A stretch of DNA of 28,433 nucleotides from Candidatus Micrarchaeia archaeon (GTDB lineage: Archaea; Micrarchaeota; Micrarchaeia; Burarchaeales; JACRGF01): assembly GCA_038870455.1 (NCBI GenBank), contig JAWCPB010000012.1, positions 1 through 28,433 on the forward strand, read 5' to 3'. The number at the start of each line of letters is the position of its first letter. Position 1 is the first letter of the stretch. A program made the translations under genes and the position numbers. Below are positions 1-8,626 of this stretch, piece by piece. The notes beneath the pieces were generated by a model, which was not told the DNA's origin, did not search any database, and was given only the letters and a program-made list of their open reading frames with translations.

Positions 1-1
1 C

Positions 2-1024
2 GCTCGCCTTCTTCTCCAGCTCGTCATCGCTCACGCCGCTCTCTGCCTTGAAGAGGACGAGCTTGGCTTTCGGGAATTTTCGTTTTATGTCTGCACGGAT
101 TTTCGGAGCGGGGGCGAGCTCGAGCGTCAGGCCGCCCGCAGAGCTTATCTTTCCCTTTTCCTTCTTCCTCGGAACAAAGTCGCCTGGCGCGCCCGGAATG
201 AGAAAATAATCGGCTGCTTCGGCGAGCACGGCGGCGCGCATCTCCTCCACGCTCGTCACATTCACTCTCTCCACATACCTCGGCACGCCCACATCCACGT
301 GGCCCGCAACCAGCCTCACGCTCGCCCCCCTCAGCCAGGCTTCCCTCGCCAGCGCGACGCCCATCCTCCCGCTTGAAGGATTGCTGATGAATCTCACGTC
401 ATCAAAATGCTCTCTTGTCGCGCCCGCAGTCACAACAACGCGCCTGCCCGCCAGCGATTGTTTGGTGAGTGCGCGTGCAACATGGTCGGCGATTTCTTCT
501 GCATCAGCGATTTTCGCTTTGCCTTCTTCTTCGATTGGAGGAACGAAAACGACTCCGAGCGCCCGCAACCTCTCTTCATTCTCTTTCACAACCGGGTTTT
601 CCATGAGCGCGTCGTGGGCGGCCGGCGCGAGCACGATGGGCTTGCTCGCCAGGGCGGTCGCGAGCACCGTGCTCACAACCGAGTCGCTTATTCCGTGCGC
701 GAGCTTGCTTATGGTGTTCGCGGTGGCGGGCGCGACAAGCACGGCATCACAAATCCCTTTTCTTCCAACAAGCTGGATGTGCTCCAGCTCCCCGCTGAGC
801 CTCGTAATCGCCTCGTTTCCTGTCGCGGCCTGAAACAACTCGGGCGAAACCATTTGCGCGGCGCTTTCGCTGAGGACAGGAAACACTTCTGCGCCGCGCC
901 GCATCAGCTCTCGAGCGGCATCAACAGCCCGGTAGCACGCAACGCTGCCGCACACGCACAGGCAGACTCTCCTGCCCTTGAGTTCGCTGCCGCTCGAGCC
1001 GGCGATTTCTTTCGCGGGGTGCAT
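2..1024 (-). CDS. coaBC: Bifunctional phosphopantothenoylcysteine decarboxylase/ligase CoaBC, 3' end beyond window
   Basis: Not in the ORF track. Manual minus-strand translation from ATG 1024: MHPAKEIAG...VCLCVCGSVACYRA...VAPATANTISKLAHGISD...EEEGKAK...VVVTAGATREHFDDVRFISNPSSGRMG...LVLFKAE. These are CoaC flavoprotein and CoaB motifs, with the archaeal EExKAK segment. Confidence 0.95.
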   Translation of the reverse strand, partial: MHPAKEIAGSSGSELKGRRVCLCVCGSVACYRAVDAARELMRRGAEVFPVLSESAAQMVSPELFQAATGNEAITRLSGELEHIQLVGRKGICDAVLVAPATANTISKLAHGISDSVVSTVLATALASKPIVLAPAAHDALMENPVVKENEERLRALGVVFVPPIEEEGKAKIADAEEIADHVARALTKQSLAGRRVVVTAGATREHFDDVRFISNPSSGRMGVALAREAWLRGASVRLVAGHVDVGVPRYVERVNVTSVEEMRAAVLAEAADYFLIPGAPGDFVPRKKEKGKISSAGGLTLELAPAPKIRADIKRKFPKAKLVLFKAESGVSDDELEKKAS

Positions 1025-1034
1025 GGCAGGCCTC

Positions 1035-2297
1035 TCACGCGCTCTTCCTGATCCAGTAGGCGATGACGTCCTGCAGGCCGTACAGCTTGGCGAACGCGCG
1101 CGCGTCCCGCCTGCTGAAGATGCCTTCAGTGGTGGATGACGCGAGGAAGGCGTCGTACAGCGCGTACTTGCTTTTCCTCGAGGCGACGCTCGCGCTTCCC
1201 TTGAAAAGCTTGAGCACCACGCTGCCGTTCACTTTTTCCTGCGTCTTGTCGATGAACGCGTCGAGCGCCTCCCTCAGGGGGGTGTACCACGCGCCTTCAT
1301 CCACGAGCCTGTTCCAAGCATAGTCAACGCCCGCCTTTGCATCGAGCTCCCTCTTCGTCAGCACGAGCTTCTCGAGCTCCCTGTGCGCGGTGATGATGCA
1401 GTACGCGGCGGGCGCTTCGTACACTTCCCTGACCTTGAGGCCTGCGGCCTTGTCCTCCATGTGGTCTATCCTGCCCACGCCGTGCGCGCCGGCGATCTTG
1501 TTAAGCCTCTCGATGACGCTGCCGGTTTCTTCAACCACTTTCTTTTTCTCATCCAGCACACGCAGCACGCGGGGAATGCCCATGTCGAAAGAGAGCTCGA
1601 CCCACTGTGGCTTGGGCGGCGCTTTCTCCGGCGCAACAGTCCAGGCGAAAGCGTCTTCAGGAACTTCGAGCTCAGGGTGCTCGAGCGGCCCGCTTTTTAT
1701 GCTCCTGCCCCAGATGTTTTCGTCAGTAGAGTACGGCTTTGGCTTTTCCTTGAGCTTGGCGAGCTTCTTTTCCTCAGCGTAGGCGAGCTCCTCGTCTCTC
1801 TTCAAGTCCCAGTCTCTGACAGGAGCGAGGACTTTGAGGTTGGGCGCGATGGCTCGGAGGCTCGCATCAAACCTAATCTGGTCGTTGCCTATGCCGGTGC
1901 TTCCATGCACGACCGCCTGCGCGCCCTCTTTGTCGGCGACTTCGGCGAGGTACTTGCAGAGGAGGGGCCTTGAAAGGCCTTCGCTGTTCAGCTCTCCTTC
2001 CCAGAGGCAATTCGCCTTTATCGCCTTCGCCACGTACTCGTTGATGAACTCGTCGCGCGCGTAGATTGTATAGTGCCTCTCCACGCCCATCGCCTCGGCT
2101 TTCCTTGCGACATCGCGCAGGTCGCGCGCCTGCCCGACATCGAGCGTGACCGTGACGACTTTGACCCCCATTTCCTGAAGCAACGCAACTGCAACGGTCG
2201 TGTCCAGCCCGCCCGTGAAGGCCACCACCGCCTTCTTCACGTCAGCGTGCTCGCTCTTGAACTCGCTTTTTATTCTGGCCAGCTTCTCCGCATCCAT
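1035..2297 (-). CDS. argG: Argininosuccinate synthase paralog (divergent copy 2)
   Basis: AFTGGLDT PP-loop, HGSTGIGNDQIRF, YSTDENIWGRS, REVYEAP. Start set at ATG 2297 (MDAEKLARIK), 11 bp after the copy-1 stop. Confidence 0.85.
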   Translation of the reverse strand: MDAEKLARIKSEFKSEHADVKKAVVAFTGGLDTTVAVALLQEMGVKVVTVTLDVGQARDLRDVARKAEAMGVERHYTIYARDEFINEYVAKAIKANCLWEGELNSEGLSRPLLCKYLAEVADKEGAQAVVHGSTGIGNDQIRFDASLRAIAPNLKVLAPVRDWDLKRDEELAYAEEKKLAKLKEKPKPYSTDENIWGRSIKSGPLEHPELEVPEDAFAWTVAPEKAPPKPQWVELSFDMGIPRVLRVLDEKKKVVEETGSVIERLNKIAGAHGVGRIDHMEDKAAGLKVREVYEAPAAYCIITAHRELEKLVLTKRELDAKAGVDYAWNRLVDEGAWYTPLREALDAFIDKTQEKVNGSVVLKLFKGSASVASRKSKYALYDAFLASSTTEGIFSRRDARAFAKLYGLQDVIAYWIRKSA

Positions 2298-2308
2298 TTT
2301 CTCACGCT

Positions 2309-3580
2309 TCAGCGCTTTTTGCCTTTCTTCCTCAACCGCCATGCCATGGCGTTCTGCAGGCCGAACAGCTTGGTGAAGGCCGCGCCCTCCCTCTGGCTCC
2401 AGGTTGTCGCTTTCTTGTCGTAGCTCGCCAGCGCGAGCGAATACAGGGCGTTGGGGCTTTCCCGCGCAACAACGCGCGCGCTTCCCTTGAAAAGCTTGAC
2501 AGTGGCGCTGCCGCTCACGGGTTCGTTGAGCCGCGCCTCCAGCTCCTGTAGCGTTTCCCTCAGGGGCGTCCACCACTGGCCCCTGTAAACGAGCTCGCTG
2601 AAGGCATGGTCCGCGCCCGCCTTGAACTCGAGCTCGTCCTTGGTTAGCACCGTCTTCTCGAGCTCCCTGTGCGCGGGCAGCAGCACGAGCGCGGCGGGCG
2701 CCTCATAGGCCTCCCTGCTCTTGAAGCCAATGACCCTGTCTTCCATGTGGTCTATTCTTCCCACGCCGTTTTTGCCCGCAACCCTGTTCAGCGCTTCCAC
2801 AATTTCAACGGGCCCGCTCACCCTGCCGCTCTCGCCTCCGCTGAACTCCACGCTCTGCGGCACGCCGTTTTCGAAAAATGTTTTTGCATAAGTCGGCTTG
2901 TCAGGCGCGCGCTCGGGCGCCACGCTCCAGGCAAAAGCATCCTCGGGCACCTCGAGCTCGGGCTTTTCCACGGGCCCCGCCTCGATGCTTCTTCCCCAGA
3001 TGTTTTCATCCACCGAATATTTTTTGCTGACCGTGCTGACCGGAATGCCCCTCTCGCGCGCGTACTCCACTTCCTCGTCGCGCCACAGCTCCCAGTCGCG
3101 CACGGGCGCGATGACCTTGAGCTCGGGCGCGAGCGCGCTCACGCCATTCTCGAAGCGAATCTGGTCGTTTCCCTTGCCCGTTGAGCCGTGCGCGACCGCC
3201 TGGCACTTTTCTTTCCTCGCAACCTCAACGAGGTGCTTTACTATGAGGGGCCTGCCGAGGGCGGTCGCCTCAGGGTACAGACCTTCGTAAAGGCAGTTGG
3301 CCTGCACCGCGGGGAAGATGTAGTCCGCCACGAATTCCTTGAGCGCATTCACGGCATGAATTTTTTTCACGCCCGCGCTCTTGGCTCTCGCCGCTATTTC
3401 CCGCATGTCTTCCTTCTGGCCGATTTCGAGCGTCAGCGCAACGACTTCAATGCCGAGCTCCTGTAGAATGCTGGCGATGACTGTCGTGTCCAGCCCGCCC
3501 GAGTAGGCGAGCACGCACCGCTCTATGCCCTCGTATTCCCCGGCGAAGTTTTCTTTTATCCTCTCAAGCAATCCGGCCAT
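2309..3580 (-). CDS. argG: Argininosuccinate synthase (canonical copy 1)
   Basis: LAYSGGLDT, HGSTGKGNDQIRFE, YSVDENIWGRSIE, EDRVIGFKSREAYEAP. GAGGTG RBS upstream. Confidence 0.96.
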   Translation of the reverse strand: MAGLLERIKENFAGEYEGIERCVLAYSGGLDTTVIASILQELGIEVVALTLEIGQKEDMREIAARAKSAGVKKIHAVNALKEFVADYIFPAVQANCLYEGLYPEATALGRPLIVKHLVEVARKEKCQAVAHGSTGKGNDQIRFENGVSALAPELKVIAPVRDWELWRDEEVEYARERGIPVSTVSKKYSVDENIWGRSIEAGPVEKPELEVPEDAFAWSVAPERAPDKPTYAKTFFENGVPQSVEFSGGESGRVSGPVEIVEALNRVAGKNGVGRIDHMEDRVIGFKSREAYEAPAALVLLPAHRELEKTVLTKDELEFKAGADHAFSELVYRGQWWTPLRETLQELEARLNEPVSGSATVKLFKGSARVVARESPNALYSLALASYDKKATTWSQREGAAFTKLFGLQNAMAWRLRKKGKKR

Positions 3581-3601
3581 GCCGCACCTCGTGCGTGCTT
3601 C

Positions 3602-5320
3602 TCATGCATTCTTTAAACCCTTTTTCCTTCTCGTTCGCCTTCCCGCCAGCCAGGCCAGCAGCGCGAAAGCGAGTATGAAAACCGCGGCCCCGAGCGCGAG
3701 CGCTTTTCCAAGCTCCTCTTTTCCCGCCTCCTGCAGGACAACCGTCTCCTCCCCTCCCTTCATTCTCGCGGTGGCTTGCTCGAGTTCCTGCGCATACCGC
3801 GCGAGCGACAGCGCGTTGAGCGCGCCGCGTTCATCGCCCAACTGATAATAATAGTACGCGTGCGCCTTGTAGATGCCCGCAAGCAGGCCGCTCGCGTTCC
3901 AGGCGAGCGCCCGGCCAGCCGCTTCCTCCACCCTCCCGGGGTTTAGCGCGGCTTCTTTCGCCGCGAGCGCCGAGGCTTTCGCGTACAGCGCGTCAAAAAT
4001 TGCTGCGCCATACTTTTTCTCCGCATGCAGCTCCCGCGCGCTTTCAAGATGCCACTTTTCTTCCTCGAAATTCTCGCCTCCTCCGAGCGCGGCTTCTGCT
4101 TCTGCTATGGCGCTTTCAGCCATTTGCTTCCATCTCCCCTCGTCTATCTCCCCGCCGCTTTCCTCGGCCCTTTGGTTCAGCCTCTCTGCGGTGCGGCACC
4201 ATCCCTCCGCGTATAACGCGTTCTTGAGCGCGCGCAGCAGGCTCTTCTCGCTGTCGGACTCTTCCAGCAGCTCGGCGGCTTCGCCCGCCTTCTTCTCGCT
4301 CCATTCCGCCCTGAGCCGCGCGGCCGCAAGCAGCTCGAAATTTTCTGTCGTGAGCCTTTTCCACGCGATTTTTCCGGAGCAGTCGCGCGTTTTCTCGAGC
4401 CTCTTGGCCACGCTCTGGCGCTCCGCGCCCGCGCTCTGTTCAAGCAGCGCGAGGTCAATGCCTGCCAGGAAGGCGGCGTTGCCGGCGGTGTAGTGATAGT
4501 TGGAGGCGGCCATTCTTCGGGCGAACTCGGCTTCCCCGGCAAAATGCTTTCTCGCCACCGGCGCCTGCTCAGCCTGCCTGTCGAATTCCTCAACCATTTC
4601 TCTCACAACTTCAGCAAATTTTTCCGCCCCGCCGGCCGGCTCGGGCAGCGGCTGGAGTGCAGGGATTTGCCTCACCCCGAGCTCAAGCCTTGTCTCAATC
4701 TTTTTCCAGGGCGCGAAGGCGATTTCCGCAGCTTCCCTCACATCGCCCGCCTCGACTATCGCGAGCCCCTTTCTCAAGGAGAAGGCGAGGAGCTCGACTT
4801 TCGCCTCCGCGCCCGTGGCTTCGGGCACAACGAGCGCTCTGACTCCCTTTGCTTCAGCCGCCTCGGCTTTCTCGAGCAGCCCTCCCACGCTCGCGATTCT
4901 CCCGTCTTCCATGATCCTGCCTGTTATCGCGGCATCGTCGCGCACGCTCCTGTTGAGCAGGCCGGCCAGCGTGAGCACGCTCATGGCCGCGCCGGCGCTC
5001 GGGCCATCCACGCTCCTGGCTGTTCCCGTGTCTTCGATTCTAAACAATACATCACAAGCGCTGCCATCAACGCCTGCCTCCTTGAACGCGACTTCGACCG
5101 CGGTGTTTTCGCTCTGCTGTGTGAGCAGGCCGGCGAACGGCGTTGTCGCCATATAGACGAGCCCGCGCCCTTCCCTCACCTCGCTCTCCACGAGCAGCAC
5201 GAGCCCCCTGCCGTCGTCGGTCACTGCCGGTACGAACATGGCATTGCGCGCGTGCGGGCAGGATGCGGCAACAGCTGATGCGAGCGCGAGCAGGGCGAGT
5301 AATGCGAACACTCTCGGCAT
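3602..5320 (-). CDS. Secreted, membrane-anchored Lon-like S16 serine protease without AAA+ domain (archaeal COG1750-like)
   Basis: Signal peptide MPRVFALLALLALASAVAA; DGPSAG catalytic Ser; ITGRI...VGGLLEK Lys of the dyad; long helical region; C-terminal TM followed by a basic tail. Confidence 0.88.
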   Translation of the reverse strand: MPRVFALLALLALASAVAASCPHARNAMFVPAVTDDGRGLVLLVESEVREGRGLVYMATTPFAGLLTQQSENTAVEVAFKEAGVDGSACDVLFRIEDTGTARSVDGPSAGAAMSVLTLAGLLNRSVRDDAAITGRIMEDGRIASVGGLLEKAEAAEAKGVRALVVPEATGAEAKVELLAFSLRKGLAIVEAGDVREAAEIAFAPWKKIETRLELGVRQIPALQPLPEPAGGAEKFAEVVREMVEEFDRQAEQAPVARKHFAGEAEFARRMAASNYHYTAGNAAFLAGIDLALLEQSAGAERQSVAKRLEKTRDCSGKIAWKRLTTENFELLAAARLRAEWSEKKAGEAAELLEESDSEKSLLRALKNALYAEGWCRTAERLNQRAEESGGEIDEGRWKQMAESAIAEAEAALGGGENFEEEKWHLESARELHAEKKYGAAIFDALYAKASALAAKEAALNPGRVEEAAGRALAWNASGLLAGIYKAHAYYYYQLGDERGALNALSLARYAQELEQATARMKGGEETVVLQEAGKEELGKALALGAAVFILAFALLAWLAGRRTRRKKGLKNA

Positions 5321-5344
5321 GGGCTTATTCGGGGCGGGGCTATC

Positions 5345-5352
5345 TTTAAATA
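5345..5352. promoter_or_regulatory. TATA box centred between divergent protease and NHL genes
   Basis: TTTAAATA lies about 20-25 bp from both start codons (5320 minus, 5372 plus). Confidence 0.6.
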
Positions 5353-5371
5353 TTCTCCCCACCCAAAAGCG

Positions 5372-7366
5372 ATGCGGCTTCGTGATTTCGTGAAAAACCT
5401 ACTGGCGAGCCTCCTCGCTCTGCTGGCGTTTTCCTCTTTCGCGCACGCGCTGTTGAACCTCACTCTCGTGGGCAGCATCACGGGCCTCTCCGATCCATCC
5501 GGAGTTTTCGTGGCGGCCGACGGCATCATCTGGATTACTGACGCGGGCGCGGGCAGGAGGAACTCCACGCTGTGGAGCTTTGACTCCAACCTGTCTTTCA
5601 TCAGCAGGACAGGCACGTGGGGAAGCGACGTCTACCAGTTCGTCATGCCGAGCGCGGTGTTCTTCGACTTGGAGGGCAAGCGCTACGTCGTGGACACGGG
5701 CAACAACCGCGTGCTCATCTACTCCCCGGGCGGCTCCTGGCTCGACACCATCGGCGAGGGCGGCTCCTACACGCTGAACGCCCCGCGCGACGTCTTCGTT
5801 GATGCAGAGCGCATTTATGTCGCGGACTCTTTCAACGACCGCGTGCTGCTTTTCAACCGCTCCACGCGCAGGCTCGAGAGCGTGCTGGGCCTTGAGCAGT
5901 TCGGGGAGGGCAAGCTCACGCGCCCCGCCGCCGTCTTCGTGCATGCCAATCGCCTGTACGTGCTCGACCACAGCCGGACGGGAGGCGACAACTACGGCAG
6001 GGTCGCAGTGTTCTCGCTCGCCAACCTTTCCTTCATCGGCGCGGCCGGCCGCGGCGCGGGCGGCGTTTTCCTGAATTTTCCCGAGGGCCTGGCGGTTGAT
6101 TTCCTGGGCCGCGTCTACGTGGCGGACACGGGCAGCAACAAGGTGAGGATTTTCTGGCCCGACTTCTCGCCCATGCTGTCTCTCGGCGACGCCAACTCGA
6201 CTGAGTTCAACTTCTCTTCCCCGCGCGATGTGTTCGTGGCGCGCGGCAGGCTCTATGTGGTCGATGCGGGCCACGGCCGCGTGCTCATCTACAACATGAG
6301 CGAGATCTCTACCGCCACCCCGGACGAGGCGAGGAACTCGATGCTTTACGCCAACGCCACGCTCGACTACCTGGCCCGCCTGAACTCGTCTGCGGCGCGG
6401 CTGGGCACTACGCTGGCCGGCGCCTCGCTCAACGACTACACGCTCGCGAGCCTGTCGCTCGCCGAGGCGCAGACGCGCTTCGCGGCAAACGACTTCGCCA
6501 GCGCGCTGCAGAAGGCCAACGCCTCGCTCGCCTATGCCGCTTCCTCGCGCGCCGCTCTTGAGGCCGAGGTCGGCGCGAGGCTCGCCCAGAGCGCCGGCAA
6601 CCTCTCGGCCCGCCTTGAGGGGGTGAAGGCCGACCTTCGCGCCTTCGATGTTTCCTTGAACACCTCGTCTGCGGAACAGGCCATAGCGTCCGTCCGCGCC
6701 CTATCTTCGGCGGGCGACTTCGAGGCGGCCATTCAGCAGCTTCAGATTGCGGGCATCGAGCTCCTCAACCTCGAGATCTCCCTCGATGCCCAGACGCGCG
6801 CCACCCGCGCCCTGAGGGAGAGCGCCGAGCAGGACATCGCTTATGTCGTGCTCAACAGCGCAAACCTCTCTTCGCTCGCTGCGGCTTACAAGCAGCCGGT
6901 CGACTTCTCGCGTGCTCTTGCGCTTGCCGGTGCTGCCAACGACTCTCTCTCCTCCTTCGATTTTGTCGCCGCACGCGAGAGGGCATCCTTCGCGCGCGCA
7001 GAGCTCGACGCGCTCAAGGCCGTTCTGCTGGAGCGCGTGGCGAGCATTGACAACGCGAGCGAGCGGATAGGCGAGGCCGAGGATGAGATCGATGCGGTCG
7101 CCTCCACCTCAGCCATACTCTTGAATCCGAACCTCTCGGAGGCCCGCTCGCTGCTCTCCCAAGCCAAATCCTTGCTCTACTCCGACCCCGACGCGGCCTA
7201 CGCGCTCGCAGTGCAGGCGAAGCAGAGCGCGGAGCGCGAGGCTGCCAACATGAGCCTGCTGCGCCCGCTCGTTCTCGGCGGCATCGTGGGCTTCGCCCTG
7301 CTGCTTGTCATTCTCGTGGTCTTCTTCATCCACAGCCAGGGAAAAGGCCAGCCCGCGCAGCCTTAA
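5372..7366 (+). CDS. NHL-repeat beta-propeller cell-surface glycoprotein with helical stalk and C-terminal TM anchor
   Basis: Signal peptide; repeated P...YVxDxxNxRV NHL units; Ala-rich helical region; TM LVLGGIVGFALLLVILVVFFI; about 18 N-x-S/T sequons. Confidence 0.9.
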   Translation: MRLRDFVKNLLASLLALLAFSSFAHALLNLTLVGSITGLSDPSGVFVAADGIIWITDAGAGRRNSTLWSFDSNLSFISRTGTWGSDVYQFVMPSAVFFDLEGKRYVVDTGNNRVLIYSPGGSWLDTIGEGGSYTLNAPRDVFVDAERIYVADSFNDRVLLFNRSTRRLESVLGLEQFGEGKLTRPAAVFVHANRLYVLDHSRTGGDNYGRVAVFSLANLSFIGAAGRGAGGVFLNFPEGLAVDFLGRVYVADTGSNKVRIFWPDFSPMLSLGDANSTEFNFSSPRDVFVARGRLYVVDAGHGRVLIYNMSEISTATPDEARNSMLYANATLDYLARLNSSAARLGTTLAGASLNDYTLASLSLAEAQTRFAANDFASALQKANASLAYAASSRAALEAEVGARLAQSAGNLSARLEGVKADLRAFDVSLNTSSAEQAIASVRALSSAGDFEAAIQQLQIAGIELLNLEISLDAQTRATRALRESAEQDIAYVVLNSANLSSLAAAYKQPVDFSRALALAGAANDSLSSFDFVAARERASFARAELDALKAVLLERVASIDNASERIGEAEDEIDAVASTSAILLNPNLSEARSLLSQAKSLLYSDPDAAYALAVQAKQSAEREAANMSLLRPLVLGGIVGFALLLVILVVFFIHSQGKGQPAQP

Positions 7367-7381
7367 GCGACGGCACGCCAT

Positions 7382-7447
7382 CAGCGCGTCATTCATTAAA
7401 AAACATCAACGCGCCGAACCCAGGGAAGGGGTTCCTCCCCCTAGGTT
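7382..7447 (-). terminator. Two adjacent imperfect hairpins in convergent intergenic region, possible terminator
   Basis: Minus strand AACCTAGGGGGAGG-AAC-CCCTTCCCTGGGTT, then CGGCGCGTT...TTTTTT...GACGCGCTG. Most mismatches become G-U pairs on the minus strand. Confidence 0.4.
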
Positions 7448-7471
7448 TGAGATTCCTCCGCAACCCCCTTC

Positions 7472-8626
7472 TTATCCGAACATCAATGCCTCTGGCTTGA
7501 AGATGAGCAGCACCCCGAGCAGCAGCATGAGCAGCCCTCCAACCAGCTGGCTCGCCCTCGCGTATTTTTTCGAAAGCTCCACGCTGCTCAGCGTCACCAC
7601 TGCTACCGAGAATATTATCATGTCGTCCAGCATGTAGAAAAAGTCATAAAGGAGAATGTACGCTTGGTGCTCCAGCAGGGAAAGGTTGCTCAGCGCCAGA
7701 ATGCCCGTGTAAGTCGCCGGAAAGCCGGCAGAGCAGACCAGCTCAACGCTGTTGACGGTGAAGGCCAGCACGATCACTCCGAGCAGCGTGGCCGGCGTCG
7801 CCCCGCCCGCCGCGAGCTCTTTTGCTCTCTTCACCAGCTTGCTTCTTCCAATCGGATCGGTCACCCTGCACACCGCCTCCGGCAGCGTGATGAACTCCCT
7901 TAACTGAAATCCTCCTGCAACGAGCGCAATGCCCCCCACGGCCAGCCTGGCGATCGCCAGGTAGCCGAGGAACAGGAATACGCTGAGCCACGCTGACAGG
8001 AACAGGTAGTACCACACGCCCGAGGCGAGCACGAAAGTCCCCACAACGAGCCACATCCGCCGCCTGTCGCGCTGCCCCAGCAGCAGGGCTATCAGGTAGG
8101 TGAGCACCCACATGGCGCACGGATTAAAGCCGTCCAACAGCCCGAGCGTGAGCGCGAGCGCGGGCAGCGAAAGCTTGGTCAGCTCCACTTCGCCGAAAAA
8201 CGGCACTCTCGCGACGTACCTCCCGCGGGCCGCCGAAACACTCGCCTCCCTCCCGACAACCTCAGCCGGACTAACACAGCTTTTGCGCGCGCACTCCGCA
8301 ACCGCCGCCTCAATGTCCTTTCCGATTGTTTCCTCATCGAATCCCACCCAGTATTTTTCTCCGATGAAGGTGACCGGCACTCCGCCCAGCGGCACGCCAT
8401 AGGCTTTCGAAAAGTTTTCAAGCGTCCTTGCGTTCCCCACATCATACCACACCTCAAACTCGCGCACGGCCAGCGGGTACCTCCCCCTAAGCTCCTCAAG
8501 GAAAATCCTTTCGCTCGCGCAGTGCGGGCAGCCCGAGCCGTAGAAGAAATACACCTCAACGGCGTCGGCCAGTGCCGTGGCAGGCAGCGAAAGCAGGAGC
8601 GCGAGCGCAGCCAGTCTATAGTTCAT
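7472..8626 (-). CDS. Extracytoplasmic thioredoxin/glutaredoxin (CPHC) fused to DsbD/CcdA-like membrane domain
   Basis: Signal peptide; FFYGSGCPHC; GVPVTFIG (cis-Pro loop); TM domain with DGFNPCAM and ELVCSAGFP cysteines. Start ATG 8626 overlaps the argA stop. Confidence 0.85.
   Translation of the reverse strand: MNYRLAALALLLSLPATALADAVEVYFFYGSGCPHCASERIFLEELRGRYPLAVREFEVWYDVGNARTLENFSKAYGVPLGGVPVTFIGEKYWVGFDEETIGKDIEAAVAECARKSCVSPAEVVGREASVSAARGRYVARVPFFGEVELTKLSLPALALTLGLLDGFNPCAMWVLTYLIALLLGQRDRRRMWLVVGTFVLASGVWYYLFLSAWLSVFLFLGYLAIARLAVGGIALVAGGFQLREFITLPEAVCRVTDPIGRSKLVKRAKELAAGGATPATLLGVIVLAFTVNSVELVCSAGFPATYTGILALSNLSLLEHQAYILLYDFFYMLDDMIIFSVAVVTLSSVELSKKYARASQLVGGLLMLLLGVLLIFKPEALMFG

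Noticed and set aside
430-700. Inactive CoaC because the bacterial catalytic Cys motif is missing
   Set aside because: Archaeal CoaBC proteins normally have the EExKAK segment instead.
381-1051. Plus-strand ORFs of 150 and 214 aa
   Set aside because: Antisense shadows of coaBC.
2298-2576. 93-aa N-terminal extension of argG copy 2 (513-aa ORF)
   Set aside because: Overlaps argG copy 1 in another frame; homology starts at ATG 2297.
3602-5320. Canonical ATP-dependent Lon
   Set aside because: No Walker A/B motifs or AAA+ domain; only the protease domain is present.
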